A stretch of 64,000 bases of DNA from Minisyncoccia bacterium (GTDB taxonomy: Bacteria > Patescibacteriota > Minisyncoccia > UBA6257 > 2-01-FULL-56-20), in contig JBEKML010000001.1 in the NCBI GenBank assembly GCA_050008535.1, positions 194,246 through 258,245 of the forward strand, in the 5' to 3' direction. The notes beneath the pieces were generated by a model. That model did no database searches. It was given only the letters and a program-made list of their open reading frames with translations, and had not been told where the DNA came from. Of this stretch, positions 15,321 to 24,930 are shown piece after piece; positions within the stretch are counted from its first letter, which is position 1, and each line of letters begins with the position of its first letter. The translations under genes and the position numbers were made by a program.

Positions 15321-18300
15321 ATGGTTCATAACGCAAAGGAGAACGGTCCCGATGTGCCGAAGCTGGAGGAAAAGACCCTGGAATTTTGGGACAAACATAA
15401 AACCTTCGAGGAAAGCCTGGAGAAGACCAAAGATGGCAAGCCGTTCACTTTCTATGACGGGCCGCCTTTTGCGACCGGACTTCCGCACTACGGACACATT
15501 CTTGCTTCAACAATAAAAGACGTCGTGCCGCGGTACCAGACGATGAAGGGGCGCTTCGTGCGCCGGCGGTGGGGCTGGGATTGCCACGGCTTGCCGATCG
15601 AGGAGATCGTGGAGCGGAAGCTCGGCATCTCCGGTAAGAAACAGATCGAGGAGGTCGGCGTCAAAAAATTCAACGAGACCTGCCGGAGCATGGTCTTGGA
15701 ATACGCCGCGGAGTGGAAAAAAATGATCCATCGCGTCGCACGCTGGGTGGAATTCGACGATTCCTATAAAACGATGGATGCGGGCTATATGGAATCCGTC
15801 TGGTGGGCGTTCAAGGAGATCTACAAGAAGAAGCTCGTCTATCAAGGAAGGAAAGTGCTTTTGTATTGCCCGCGCTGCGAGACGCCGATATCAAATTTTG
15901 AAGTGGCAATGGACAACAGCTATAAAGACGTGACGGAGGAATCGGTAACGGTGAAATTTCATTTGAAACCGGGGCAAGCATTCGGCGAAGGCGGCAAATA
16001 TCAAACAAAAGATACTGCATACATTCTTTCGTGGACGACGACGCCGTGGACGCTGCCGGGGAATGCCGCGCTCTACGTTGCTAAGGATATTGTTTATGTT
16101 GCGCTGCGGGCCGAGGGTGCCCCCGGACTTTATATCCTTTCGCGCGAACGCGTGAAGGCCGTTTTCGGAGATCAGAAAATCGAGATCGTGCATGATGATA
16201 TTAAAGGGAATGATTTGGTCGGTTTGAAATACGAGCCGGTCTTTGATGTACCCGCAATGGCATCGGATAAAGCTTTCCGTGTTTCTCTTGCTGATTTTGT
16301 GGCGACGGACGAAGGGACGGGCGTTGTACACTCGGCGGTGATGTACGGAGAAGAGGATTATGAGCTTGGTGTGCGTGAGGGGCTGCCTACGGTGCCGCTC
16401 CTCGACGAAAAAGGAAAGTTTAATGAAACAGCGCCGGAGTTGGTCCGCGGGATGTATTTCAAGGATTCCGAAAAAATCATTAAAGACGACCTGCAAAATC
16501 GTGGATTGTTGTTCAAGCGCGAGATGCACGCGCACTCGTATCCGTTCTGCTGGCGTTGCGGCAACGTGCTTTTTTACAACGCGATTCCGGCGTGGTTCGT
16601 GAATGTCCAGAAAATAAAACCGCAGCTTTTGAAATCCAATAACAAGGAGATCAACTGGTTCCCGGGGCATTTGAAGCACGGGCGCTACGAAAAGAGCGTC
16701 GAGGCGGCGCCGGACTGGAACATTTCGCGCAATCGTTATTGGGGAAATCCTATCCCGGCGTGGAAGTGCGTTGGATGCGATCGCGAGGAAGTGGCGGGCA
16801 GCGTGGAAGAGCTGTCAAGGCTTGCTGGCAGCGCGAAGAACAACTACTGGGTGATGCGGCACGGCGAAGCGGAGAGCAACATCTTTCACATTCTTGATTC
16901 GGGGCAGAGAAAATATCTGCGCCTTACCCCGCGCGGCCGGAAGCAGGCAGAGGATTCGATCGCGCGCTTCAAAAAAGAACTTGCGAAGAGCGGCCAGAAG
17001 ATCGATCTTGTGATTTCCTCCGACATCACGCGCACTGCGGAAACGGAAGCAATCGTCGCTTCCGTGCTGGATGGCGAGAAGATAAAGTTCGACGGGCGGC
17101 TTGAAGAGATCCACCTGGGGCCGACGCTCACCGGCTATCGCGATAAGAAATATCTGAACCTTTTCCCGACGTATCAGGCGCGATTTGAGAAACAGCCGGA
17201 GAGCGGGGAGTCGTTGCGCGATCTTCGGGCGCGCATGTGGGGATTTCTCGCGGAGTGTGAGGAAAAACACAAGGGCAAGAACATTCTGCTCATCACCCAC
17301 GACTATCCGACGTGGATGCTTTTCCATGCGGCGGAAGGATGGAGCGAAGAGCGGGCGATCGAGGAAAAGGAGAAGCAAAAAGATGACTTCATCGGCTTTG
17401 CGGAGATTCGGAAGCTTGATTTGAAGATCGTCCCGCGGAATGACGGCGGCGAGGTGGATCTGCACCGACCGTATATTGATGACATAATCCTCACGTGCTC
17501 TGCGTGCGGCGGCGCGATGAGGCGGACGCCGGAGATCTTTGATTCGTGGATGGAGGCGGGGTCAATGCCGTTCGCCGAGTATCATTATCCGTTCGAAAAC
17601 AAAAAACTCTTTGAGAGCCGGTTTCCGGCGCAATTCGTGGCGGAATACATCGCGCAGACGAGGGCGTGGTTCTATGTGATGCACGTGATTTCGCTCGTCT
17701 TGTTCGGCAAAGCGCCTTTTGATAATGTCGTCACCACCGGCACGATCCTTGCGGAGGATGGTTCAAAAATGAGCAAATCAAAGGAGAATTTTCCCGATCC
17801 GAAACTTGTGATCGAAAAATATGGCGCCGACAGCTTACGGTTCTATCTTATGAACTCCGTCGTGATGCAGGCGGACAACCTCAATTTTTCCGAGAAAGCC
17901 GTGGAAAATATATATCGGAAAGCGGTCGTCATCCCTTGGAACGTCTGCAAATTCTTCACAACCTACATTGATCCTGAGGAATTTTCTCCGGGAAAGCAGT
18001 CCATCGCCGGTTCCGTAAATGTGCTTGACCGGTGGATCGAAGTGCGGACGGCGGAGCTTGTGGAGAACGTGACCGAATATCTCTCAGCGTATGACACCGT
18101 GCGTGCGACAAGGACGATCCAGGAATACATTGATGATCTTTCCACGTGGTACCTCCGCCGCAGCCGCAAACGGAAGGACGCCGCGTTCCCCGCCGCGCTC
18201 TATAAAAGTTTGCTTGTGTTAAGTAAGATCATTGCGCCTTTCATGCCGTTCCTTGCCGAGGAAATTTACGGGAAACTGAAGCCATACGGTCGCGGGGTTT

Positions 18301-18875
18301 CTTTACCGGAATCGGTACACCTTGCCGAATGGCCCGCTTCCGACGTTTCCCTCGGCGCGGAAGAAAAGAAATTTCTTGAAGCGATGGCCGAAGTGAGACG
18401 CTTGGCAAGTTTGGGCCTTGCAAAACGGGCGGAAGCGGGCGTGAAGGTCCGGCAGCCGCTTGCGAAACTCATCATCAAGAGCGAAACCATGAAATTATCG
18501 GCGGCGGAGGAATTGCGCGGCGTTTTGGCCGACGAGGTGAACGTAAAAGAGGTTGTATTTGATCAAGCAATTGAAGGCGAAGTTGAACTTGACACCGCGA
18601 TCACGCCGGAGCTTCGCGAGGAAGGCGTGCTCCGCGAAGTGGCGCGGATGGCGCAGGAGCTTCGCCAGAAAGCGGGGTTACAGCCGAAGGACAAAATCGT
18701 TCTTTTGCTTGATCTTCCCGCCGAAGTTAAAAACGTCGTCGCAAAGCACGAGGCGGCTCTGCGTTCCGGGGTAGGAGCAAAGCTTATTGAGTACGGCAAA
18801 TCGGAAAAGTTTTCTGCCGAAGAGGCGACCAAGCTTGGGGGGCAAGAGGTCTGGGTAGGACTGCGGAAGATTTAG
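15321..18875 (+). CDS. ileS: isoleucyl-tRNA synthetase (archaeal/eukaryote-like type) carrying an inserted histidine-phosphatase domain
   Basis: HYGHIL and KMSKS motifs, 'WNISRNRYWGNPIPAW', and 'DSWMEAGSMPF'; the start is taken at MVHNAKENG (15321) to avoid overlapping argS. Confidence 0.9.
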   Translation: MVHNAKENGPDVPKLEEKTLEFWDKHKTFEESLEKTKDGKPFTFYDGPPFATGLPHYGHILASTIKDVVPRYQTMKGRFVRRRWGWDCHGLPIEEIVERKLGISGKKQIEEVGVKKFNETCRSMVLEYAAEWKKMIHRVARWVEFDDSYKTMDAGYMESVWWAFKEIYKKKLVYQGRKVLLYCPRCETPISNFEVAMDNSYKDVTEESVTVKFHLKPGQAFGEGGKYQTKDTAYILSWTTTPWTLPGNAALYVAKDIVYVALRAEGAPGLYILSRERVKAVFGDQKIEIVHDDIKGNDLVGLKYEPVFDVPAMASDKAFRVSLADFVATDEGTGVVHSAVMYGEEDYELGVREGLPTVPLLDEKGKFNETAPELVRGMYFKDSEKIIKDDLQNRGLLFKREMHAHSYPFCWRCGNVLFYNAIPAWFVNVQKIKPQLLKSNNKEINWFPGHLKHGRYEKSVEAAPDWNISRNRYWGNPIPAWKCVGCDREEVAGSVEELSRLAGSAKNNYWVMRHGEAESNIFHILDSGQRKYLRLTPRGRKQAEDSIARFKKELAKSGQKIDLVISSDITRTAETEAIVASVLDGEKIKFDGRLEEIHLGPTLTGYRDKKYLNLFPTYQARFEKQPESGESLRDLRARMWGFLAECEEKHKGKNILLITHDYPTWMLFHAAEGWSEERAIEEKEKQKDDFIGFAEIRKLDLKIVPRNDGGEVDLHRPYIDDIILTCSACGGAMRRTPEIFDSWMEAGSMPFAEYHYPFENKKLFESRFPAQFVAEYIAQTRAWFYVMHVISLVLFGKAPFDNVVTTGTILAEDGSKMSKSKENFPDPKLVIEKYGADSLRFYLMNSVVMQADNLNFSEKAVENIYRKAVVIPWNVCKFFTTYIDPEEFSPGKQSIAGSVNVLDRWIEVRTAELVENVTEYLSAYDTVRATRTIQEYIDDLSTWYLRRSRKRKDAAFPAALYKSLLVLSKIIAPFMPFLAEEIYGKLKPYGRGVSLPESVHLAEWPASDVSLGAEEKKFLEAMAEVRRLASLGLAKRAEAGVKVRQPLAKLIIKSETMKLSAAEELRGVLADEVNVKEVVFDQAIEGEVELDTAITPELREEGVLREVARMAQELRQKAGLQPKDKIVLLLDLPAEVKNVVAKHEAALRSGVGAKLIEYGKSEKFSAEEATKLGGQEVWVGLRKI
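16845..17450 (+). other. histidine phosphatase (PGAM/SixA-like) domain embedded within ileS
   Basis: Contains 'VMRHGEAESN' (the RHG motif), 'SSDITRTAETEAI' (the second Arg motif), 'GESLRDLRAR', and 'LLITHDYP' (catalytic His). It sits between the IleRS motifs 'GSVEELSRL' and 'DLHRPYIDD'. Confidence 0.7.
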
Positions 18876-18890
18876 ATAGGCGTTCGGAGC

Positions 18891-19877
18891 CTAAAGCGTG
18901 AGCCCCATTTTCTCTTTCACTTCCACGATCTTTTTCTCCGCGATTTTCGCGGCCCGCTCCGATCCTTTTTCGAGAATCCTTACAAGCGTATCTGGTTTTG
19001 CAGACAGCGCCTTCTTCTGCGCGCGGAATTCGGTGAAATGATCCACCACGATTTCCGTAAGCCGCTTTTTGAGCGCGGAATAACTCTGACCCGCAAATTC
19101 CTTTGCGATTGTCTGCGACTCCATATGCGTGAGCGCCGCATAGATTTCCAAGAGGTTCGTGAGCCCCGGCTTCTTTTTTGGTTCGTAGGCGATCTCCGAA
19201 CCAGAATCAGTGACTGCGCGCGCAATTTTCCGCCCGATTTCTTCCGGTGTATCGTCAAGGAAAAGACATCCCTCCGGCTGCGACTTGGACATTTTTTTCA
19301 ACGGGTCTTTTAAGCTCATCACGCGGGGCGTTTTGGTAAGCAACGCCTTCGGCTCGACGAACGTTTTGCCGAAGCGCGCATTGAACTTCCGCGCGAGCGT
19401 GCGCGCGAGCTCAAGATGCTGCAACTGGTCGTCGCCGACGGGCACCACCGCCGCATCGTAGAGCAAGATGTCCGCCGCCATGAGGACAGGGTAATCAAAA
19501 AGGCCGACATTGATGTTTTCCTGCTGCCGCGAAGATTTATCCTTGAACTGGGTCATCCGTTCCAACTCTCCCATCGGCGTTATTGTGTTCAAGAGCCAGG
19601 CAAGTTCGCTGTGGGCGGGAACGTGCGATTGTAAAAAGAGCACCGCTTTTTCAGGATCAATGCCGCCGGCCAGATATTCCGCAGTGACTTCCAGTATTTG
19701 GCCCCGTTTCTCTTTTGGATCGAAGGGTTCCGTGATCGAGTGAAGGTCAACCACAAAGAAATAACAATCGTATTTCCCGGAGTTTTGCAGGTCAACCGAA
19801 TTTTTGAGCATGCCCAAATAGTTGCCGATGTGCAATTTCCCGGAGGGCTGGATGCCTGATACAAGCACTGGTTTCAT
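18891..19877 (-). CDS. trpS: tryptophanyl-tRNA synthetase
   Basis: Contains 'QPSGKLHIGNYLG' and 'KMSKS'. Confidence 0.9.
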   Translation of the reverse strand: MKPVLVSGIQPSGKLHIGNYLGMLKNSVDLQNSGKYDCYFFVVDLHSITEPFDPKEKRGQILEVTAEYLAGGIDPEKAVLFLQSHVPAHSELAWLLNTITPMGELERMTQFKDKSSRQQENINVGLFDYPVLMAADILLYDAAVVPVGDDQLQHLELARTLARKFNARFGKTFVEPKALLTKTPRVMSLKDPLKKMSKSQPEGCLFLDDTPEEIGRKIARAVTDSGSEIAYEPKKKPGLTNLLEIYAALTHMESQTIAKEFAGQSYSALKKRLTEIVVDHFTEFRAQKKALSAKPDTLVRILEKGSERAAKIAEKKIVEVKEKMGLTL

Positions 19878-19933
19878 ACTTTGATAATATCACGATACAA
19901 AAACCCCCGCATCTGCGGAGGTTTTTGTTTTCG

Positions 19934-21871
19934 CTATATCTCGATGATGACCGGCAATATCATCGGGCGGCGCTTGGTCTTCGTGTAGACATACTGCCCG
20001 ACCTGGTCGCGGATCAACGTTTTCAGATAATCGGGTTCGATCTCGCGGTAGTTCGGCAGGCGCGACGTGAGGGCGCGGATGCGTTTGCGGACCTCTTCAA
20101 GCAACTCCTGGTTTTCTTTGAGATAGATGAAGCCGCGCGAGATGATGTCGGGATTCTTCAAAAGCCGGCCCTTGTCGCGATCCATTGTGATGATGATCAC
20201 GATCATGCCTTCCTGTGCGAGCGCGCGCCGGTCGCGCAGTACCACTTCTTCCACGTCGCCGACGCCGAGGCCGTCCACCATTACGTAGAATGCCGGTACG
20301 GTTTCTTTTGTGATGGTGAACGTGTCTTTGGTAAGTTCCGCGACTTGGCCGTTGTCCATGAGTAGTATGTTTTCTTTCGGGATGCCGATCTCGCGGGCCG
20401 AGATGCCGTTCGCCGCGCGCATGAAATAGTAACCGTGCACCGGCACGAAGAACTTCGGCTTCATGAGCTTCGTCACGAGCTTCACGTCCTCCTTTGGTGC
20501 ATGGCCGGAGGAGTGGATATCAACGAGGGCAGAATGATAAACGATCGCGCCCTGCCGCGCGAGGTTGTCTTTCACCGACTGCACGCTCCGTTCGTTGCCC
20601 GGAATGATGGACGAAGAAAGCACCATCGTATCGCCTGGCTTGATCCTGATGTGCCGGTGCTCGCCGTTGATGATCTTCATCAAGCTTGCATTGGATTCGC
20701 CCTGCGCGCCGGTGGAAAGAATGAGAAGCTTATCATCCCTTATTTTATTCGCCTCTTCGACGGGGACGATCGTGCCCTCCTTGGCCTTGATGAAGCCGAG
20801 CGTCTGTGCGATCTGGATGTTCGTCTTCATGGAATAGCCGGAGAGTGCGACCTTGCGGCCGATGCGCTCGCAGATCTTGATGATCTCGGCGATGCGTGTG
20901 AGGAGCGACGCGAACGTGGCGACGATAATGCGGCCCTCGGCCTGTTTGAAGATCTCCTCAAGATTTTTCTCTACGGTTTTTTCCGAAAGGGAATGGCCGG
21001 TCTTTTCGGCGTTCGTGCTGTCCACCATGAAAGTGTGGACGCCCATCTTGCCGATCTTTTCAAATTCATCAAGTCCCTGCGGCTCGTCGGCGTCGTTGTA
21101 ATCCACGCGGAAATCGGCGAAGTGGACCACGTTGCCGATGGGCGTCTTCATAAATATGCCCGTCGTCTCGGGAATGGTGTGCGGAACGCCGAAAAAGAGC
21201 GCGCTGAAATAGTTTGAGATCTTTATTTCATCGCCGTTCTTTATGGTGATCACGTTCATCTTCGGCGAGTTCGGGAAGTCCTCCTGGCGCTTTTCAATGA
21301 TCGCTTTTGTGATGGAGGTCGCATAGATCGGGGGATTGCCGAGCCGTTGCAGCAAGTGCGGCAGGGCGCCGATATGGTCGTAGTGGCCGTGCGTCAGGAT
21401 GATCGCCTGCACATTCTGCTTTTTCTTCTCCAAATAAGAGATGTTCGGGATGATATAATCGATCCCCGGCGTTTCTTCCTCCGGGAACTGCAAGCCGGCG
21501 TCGATCATCACGATCTCGTTCTTGTATTCAAGGAACATGCAGTTCCGTCCTATTTCCTCAAGACCGCCGAGCGGCACGAGGCGTAAAACGTCGCTGCGCC
21601 GTTCGTCATGGCTCTTATAGGTGGGAGGGCCGTCCTCCGGGCGCGGCTTGATCGCGGTTTTCGGCGTGTGCACGGGGCTCCCCGCTGAAGGAGCCCTGCC
21701 GCGTCCGCCGCGCCCGGGGCGTGCGGAACGCTGGCCGCCCATGGCTGGGCGCTGCTGTCCACCGGCCGAAGCCGGCCTCTGGCCGGGCGCAGCTGCCGGG
21801 CGAGGACGCAATTCCGGCGGCTTTATGTGGGGCCGATCTTTCCCGTCAGTTGATTCAGTTTTTCTTATCAT
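19934..21871 (-). CDS. rnj: ribonuclease J (metallo-beta-lactamase plus beta-CASP); the N-terminus is uncertain (an alternative GTG start lies at 21673)
   Basis: Contains 'LGGLEEIGRNCMFLE…HGHYDH…'; the longest frame adds a ~95-aa Arg/Gly/Pro-rich N-terminal extension. Confidence 0.85.
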   Translation of the reverse strand: MIRKTESTDGKDRPHIKPPELRPRPAAAPGQRPASAGGQQRPAMGGQRSARPGRGGRGRAPSAGSPVHTPKTAIKPRPEDGPPTYKSHDERRSDVLRLVPLGGLEEIGRNCMFLEYKNEIVMIDAGLQFPEEETPGIDYIIPNISYLEKKKQNVQAIILTHGHYDHIGALPHLLQRLGNPPIYATSITKAIIEKRQEDFPNSPKMNVITIKNGDEIKISNYFSALFFGVPHTIPETTGIFMKTPIGNVVHFADFRVDYNDADEPQGLDEFEKIGKMGVHTFMVDSTNAEKTGHSLSEKTVEKNLEEIFKQAEGRIIVATFASLLTRIAEIIKICERIGRKVALSGYSMKTNIQIAQTLGFIKAKEGTIVPVEEANKIRDDKLLILSTGAQGESNASLMKIINGEHRHIRIKPGDTMVLSSSIIPGNERSVQSVKDNLARQGAIVYHSALVDIHSSGHAPKEDVKLVTKLMKPKFFVPVHGYYFMRAANGISAREIGIPKENILLMDNGQVAELTKDTFTITKETVPAFYVMVDGLGVGDVEEVVLRDRRALAQEGMIVIIITMDRDKGRLLKNPDIISRGFIYLKENQELLEEVRKRIRALTSRLPNYREIEPDYLKTLIRDQVGQYVYTKTKRRPMILPVIIEI

Positions 21872-21897
21872 TTTTCTATTCTCTATTTATTATTTCG

Positions 21898-21981
21898 TGG
21901 GCAGGGAGGGACTTGAACCCTCATGACCTTGCGGCCACAGCGACCTGAACGCTGCGTGTCTGCCAGTTCCACCACCTGCCC
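21898..21981 (-). tRNA. tRNA-Leu (anticodon CAG), type II with a long variable arm
   Basis: Acceptor GGGCAGG/CCTGCCC, anticodon loop UUCAGGU, T-arm GAGGG-TTCAAGT-CCCTC. Confidence 0.8.
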
Positions 21982-22078
21982 AACCTATGAAACGGCGCTA
22001 CCGAACAGTAAGGAGGGATTCGTCATGGAAAGTTCATTGTAGCATGATCGATAGTAGCCTGTCAAATTCTTTTCAACG

Positions 22079-23722
22079 TTACTTCAAAACCCGCGCCGTG
22101 TTCAGGTACCATTCGCCTACTTTGCGGAATCGATCCGACGGATCGGGTAGGAACTGCGGCGTGATGCCCCTTATGCTCTTATTGGTCACATAAAGATAAT
22201 CGGGCGAGTAAAGAAAAATGGCGGGATTGTCTGCCGCGATCGCCAGTTCCGCATTCGCGAACTTCTGCGCCCGCGCCGCATCGTTCATTTCCATCCGCGC
22301 CGATTCTATGAGCGAATCGATCTTTTTGTTGTTGTAAATGGCGAGGTTGAGCCCGGGATAAAATCGTTGCGAGGAATCCCAGAAGGCATAGAGGTCGGAG
22401 CTCGGCCCAAGAACGTTTCCGAAAAGCAGCGATTCATAGCCGCGATTTTTTATGGTTCCACTGAGAAGATCTTGGGGGTTGTTCGTCACGATGTTCACTC
22501 TTACCCCTATTTTCTTCCACGCACCCTGAAGTTCCTCGGCGGTTTTCACAAGGAAGTCTATCTGCGGGACCATGAGGTTCACGACGAGCGGTACGGCGGT
22601 TTTTTGGATGGTTTTCGCGCGGAAGCCGTCCGTGCCCGCCCTCCAGCCTGCCGCATCAAGCGTGGCAGAGGCAAGATCAAGCGAGGTCGTCGTCATGATC
22701 GGGACAAAAGAAGGAGCGTCTTCCGGGATCGGGCCATAATCAGGTTTCCCTTTTCCTTGGAGCACGTTCGCGACGAGCGCGTTCCGGTCCACCGCTTCTC
22801 CAAGTGCTTCGCGCACCGCGCCGTCCTCTAATGGCAAGCTTTTGCTTTGGTTGAAGAAGACAGCATAGTAGCTCGGGGTCCGCCACGAGGAGAGATCATA
22901 GGGACGTTCAATGGTTGCGAGGGTTCCCGGTCCGAGATCGCCCATGCCGTCAATTTGTCCCGCATTGAAACTTTTAACGAGATCGGATTCGTTGCCGAAG
23001 AAGCGAAAATCAAAATGTTCAACGAGCGGCTTCGTGCCGAAATAATCGTCCCATGCTTGCAGGTGATATGCGGAGATCGCGCCGTCGGACCGCTTTTCAT
23101 AAGAAACAAATTCGTAAGGGCCGCTGCCGACCGGCTTCAGATTGTAATCGGAAAGGTGCCAATTGCCCGGCGGTGCATTCGCAAAGAGGTGCTTCGGCAA
23201 AATATAGAGATCGTTCAGGTTGTCGTTAAAGAAGGCGTAGGGATTTGCCAGGCTGAATTGGAACTCAAGTTCGCTTGTGCGGCTCACGGCGACCCCTTGC
23301 CAGCTTTGGAAAAGCGGGGATCCGGCATCCTTGCTTTGTATTGATTGCACGGTAAAGATCACATCGTCCGAGGTGAGCTTCTCTCCATCCTGCCAATGAA
23401 GATTTTCCTTGAGGCGTATCGTCCATACTCTCCCGTCGGGGGAAGCCTCAACCTTGTCTGCAATGTCATAAAGGTTGCTGTAGACCATTTTCACCAAACT
23501 CAGGTCGGTTTGGCTCATCGCCGTGATGGGGTTCACGTACTCCGGCTGGCCAACCATCCCTTCGGTATAGTCGCCGCCTGCCGCGGGAACGATCGTGGTT
23601 GCCTGGGCGGCGAGCATCCCCATCACAACAACAAAGCTCGTGAGAGAAAGCGCCGAAGCGGTCAAAAAGACGATGCGCTCAATCTTCGTAAACGCAAAAA
23701 ATATTTTCTTGAGTTTCTGCAT
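22079..23722 (-). CDS. ABC transporter substrate-binding protein, family 5 (oligopeptide/nickel type), lipo/TM-anchored
   Basis: N-terminal signal/TM segment followed by a ~520-aa SBP_bac_5-like body. Confidence 0.75.
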   Translation of the reverse strand: MQKLKKIFFAFTKIERIVFLTASALSLTSFVVVMGMLAAQATTIVPAAGGDYTEGMVGQPEYVNPITAMSQTDLSLVKMVYSNLYDIADKVEASPDGRVWTIRLKENLHWQDGEKLTSDDVIFTVQSIQSKDAGSPLFQSWQGVAVSRTSELEFQFSLANPYAFFNDNLNDLYILPKHLFANAPPGNWHLSDYNLKPVGSGPYEFVSYEKRSDGAISAYHLQAWDDYFGTKPLVEHFDFRFFGNESDLVKSFNAGQIDGMGDLGPGTLATIERPYDLSSWRTPSYYAVFFNQSKSLPLEDGAVREALGEAVDRNALVANVLQGKGKPDYGPIPEDAPSFVPIMTTTSLDLASATLDAAGWRAGTDGFRAKTIQKTAVPLVVNLMVPQIDFLVKTAEELQGAWKKIGVRVNIVTNNPQDLLSGTIKNRGYESLLFGNVLGPSSDLYAFWDSSQRFYPGLNLAIYNNKKIDSLIESARMEMNDAARAQKFANAELAIAADNPAIFLYSPDYLYVTNKSIRGITPQFLPDPSDRFRKVGEWYLNTARVLK

Positions 23723-23750
23723 GCGGATTGCTCTTTTTATCGGCGCGCCG

Positions 23751-23966
23751 TTAGTGTCGGCCGGCGAGTTGATATATGGCAAGTCCCACGAAGATCACGA
23801 TGAGCGCGATCGTCGCGTAGAAAACGATTTTTTCCATGCCGCGCCGTGCCTGGTAGAAGCCGCCGCCATCGCCGCCCAAAAGGCCCGAAATGCCCGATGA
23901 GCGTTCCTGGAGAAGGATAAGGACGATAATGGCGGTGGCAAGGATGACTTGAACGAGAAGGATCAT
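23751..23966 (-). CDS. secG: preprotein translocase subunit SecG
   Basis: 71 aa with two TM helices and 'LLQERSSGISGLLGGDGGGFYQARRGMEK'. Confidence 0.7.
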   Translation of the reverse strand: MILLVQVILATAIIVLILLQERSSGISGLLGGDGGGFYQARRGMEKIVFYATIALIVIFVGLAIYQLAGRH

Positions 23967-24335
23967 TTATGTTGCGAGATGAATAACGAAGTTGACGGCG
24001 CTTACAAGGAGCGTGGTAAGGAGAAGCGCCAGAATGGTTTCAATACTAATGCTTCCTCGCAGGATGTCAAGATGATTTGCGAGGATGGGGAGAAGGTAGA
24101 TGATGACGGCGTTCACGATGATGATGCCGAGGCCGAGCGTAAGGACGATGATGGGCCCGAGGATGAGCGTGAGGATCGGCTTCACGATGAAGTTCAGTAA
24201 TGCCAGGATAAGCGCGATGATCACAAGCTGGAGCCAGTTTGCGTTCAAAGTGAATCCTGGGATGTATTGGTTTGCGAGCCAGAGTGCGAGGGCGTTGCCG
24301 GCAATAATGAGGGCGATCCTTGCGAGCCAGTGCAT
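23967..24335 (-). CDS. 4-TM membrane protein (DUF360 / phage-holin-4-like family)
   Basis: 122-aa hydrophobic ORF. Confidence 0.4.
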   Translation of the reverse strand: MHWLARIALIIAGNALALWLANQYIPGFTLNANWLQLVIIALILALLNFIVKPILTLILGPIIVLTLGLGIIIVNAVIIYLLPILANHLDILRGSISIETILALLLTTLLVSAVNFVIHLAT

Positions 24336-24358
24336 GGTTCTATTATAGCAATTCCTGT

Positions 24359-24781
24359 CTACTTGGCCAAAAATTTCTCAATAAGGACGATATCCTTCAA
24401 ATCTTTTTCTCTTCCCGACGCTTTCTTCCATTTCAGAAGTTCTTCGAGCTGGACATACGGCACGCCATCAATGATCGCCGCATTCTTTATGAGCTCATTG
24501 GTGTCCGCATAATATAGATCGCCACATGAGTATTCCGACAAAATATCAACGCCGTCTCCTTTTAAAATCCTATCCGTGGAACCCCGTTGCCGTTTAGCTT
24601 GGCACTTCTCACATTCACACAGCTTCCGTCCTCTTTGTAGTAACTCCATAAAAAGATCTTCCGTCACGACAATATCAAGGTCATTCGCCTTACGAATCCC
24701 GAACGCTTCCATCGCGCCCCCCACGACCACATATTTCCCAAGTGGAAGACTTAACGCCCTCACTTTGTCTGAAATTTCCAT
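24359..24781 (-). CDS. minimal nucleotidyltransferase-fold protein (aminoglycoside/lincosamide-NTase-like)
   Basis: Contains 'GGAMEAFGIRKANDLDIVV' (the G[SG]…D.D motif). Confidence 0.5.
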   Translation of the reverse strand: MEISDKVRALSLPLGKYVVVGGAMEAFGIRKANDLDIVVTEDLFMELLQRGRKLCECEKCQAKRQRGSTDRILKGDGVDILSEYSCGDLYYADTNELIKNAAIIDGVPYVQLEELLKWKKASGREKDLKDIVLIEKFLAK

Positions 24782-24930
24782 GGCTAAAGTTTATCATATC
24801 CAAATCGACAACCGCATCGTCAATATCATACTTTAGAACAGCTGTGCACAGGCCTGGACGATCTTCGAACGATTTTGACAAAATCAGATTCTATGCTACA
24901 ATGTGGCCAGTCCTCGAGAGGAGACATTTC

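Noticed and set aside
15891-17465. 262-aa and 216-aa minus-strand ORFs
   Set aside because: Antisense to ileS.
20435-21217. 260-aa plus-strand ORF
   Set aside because: Antisense to rnj.
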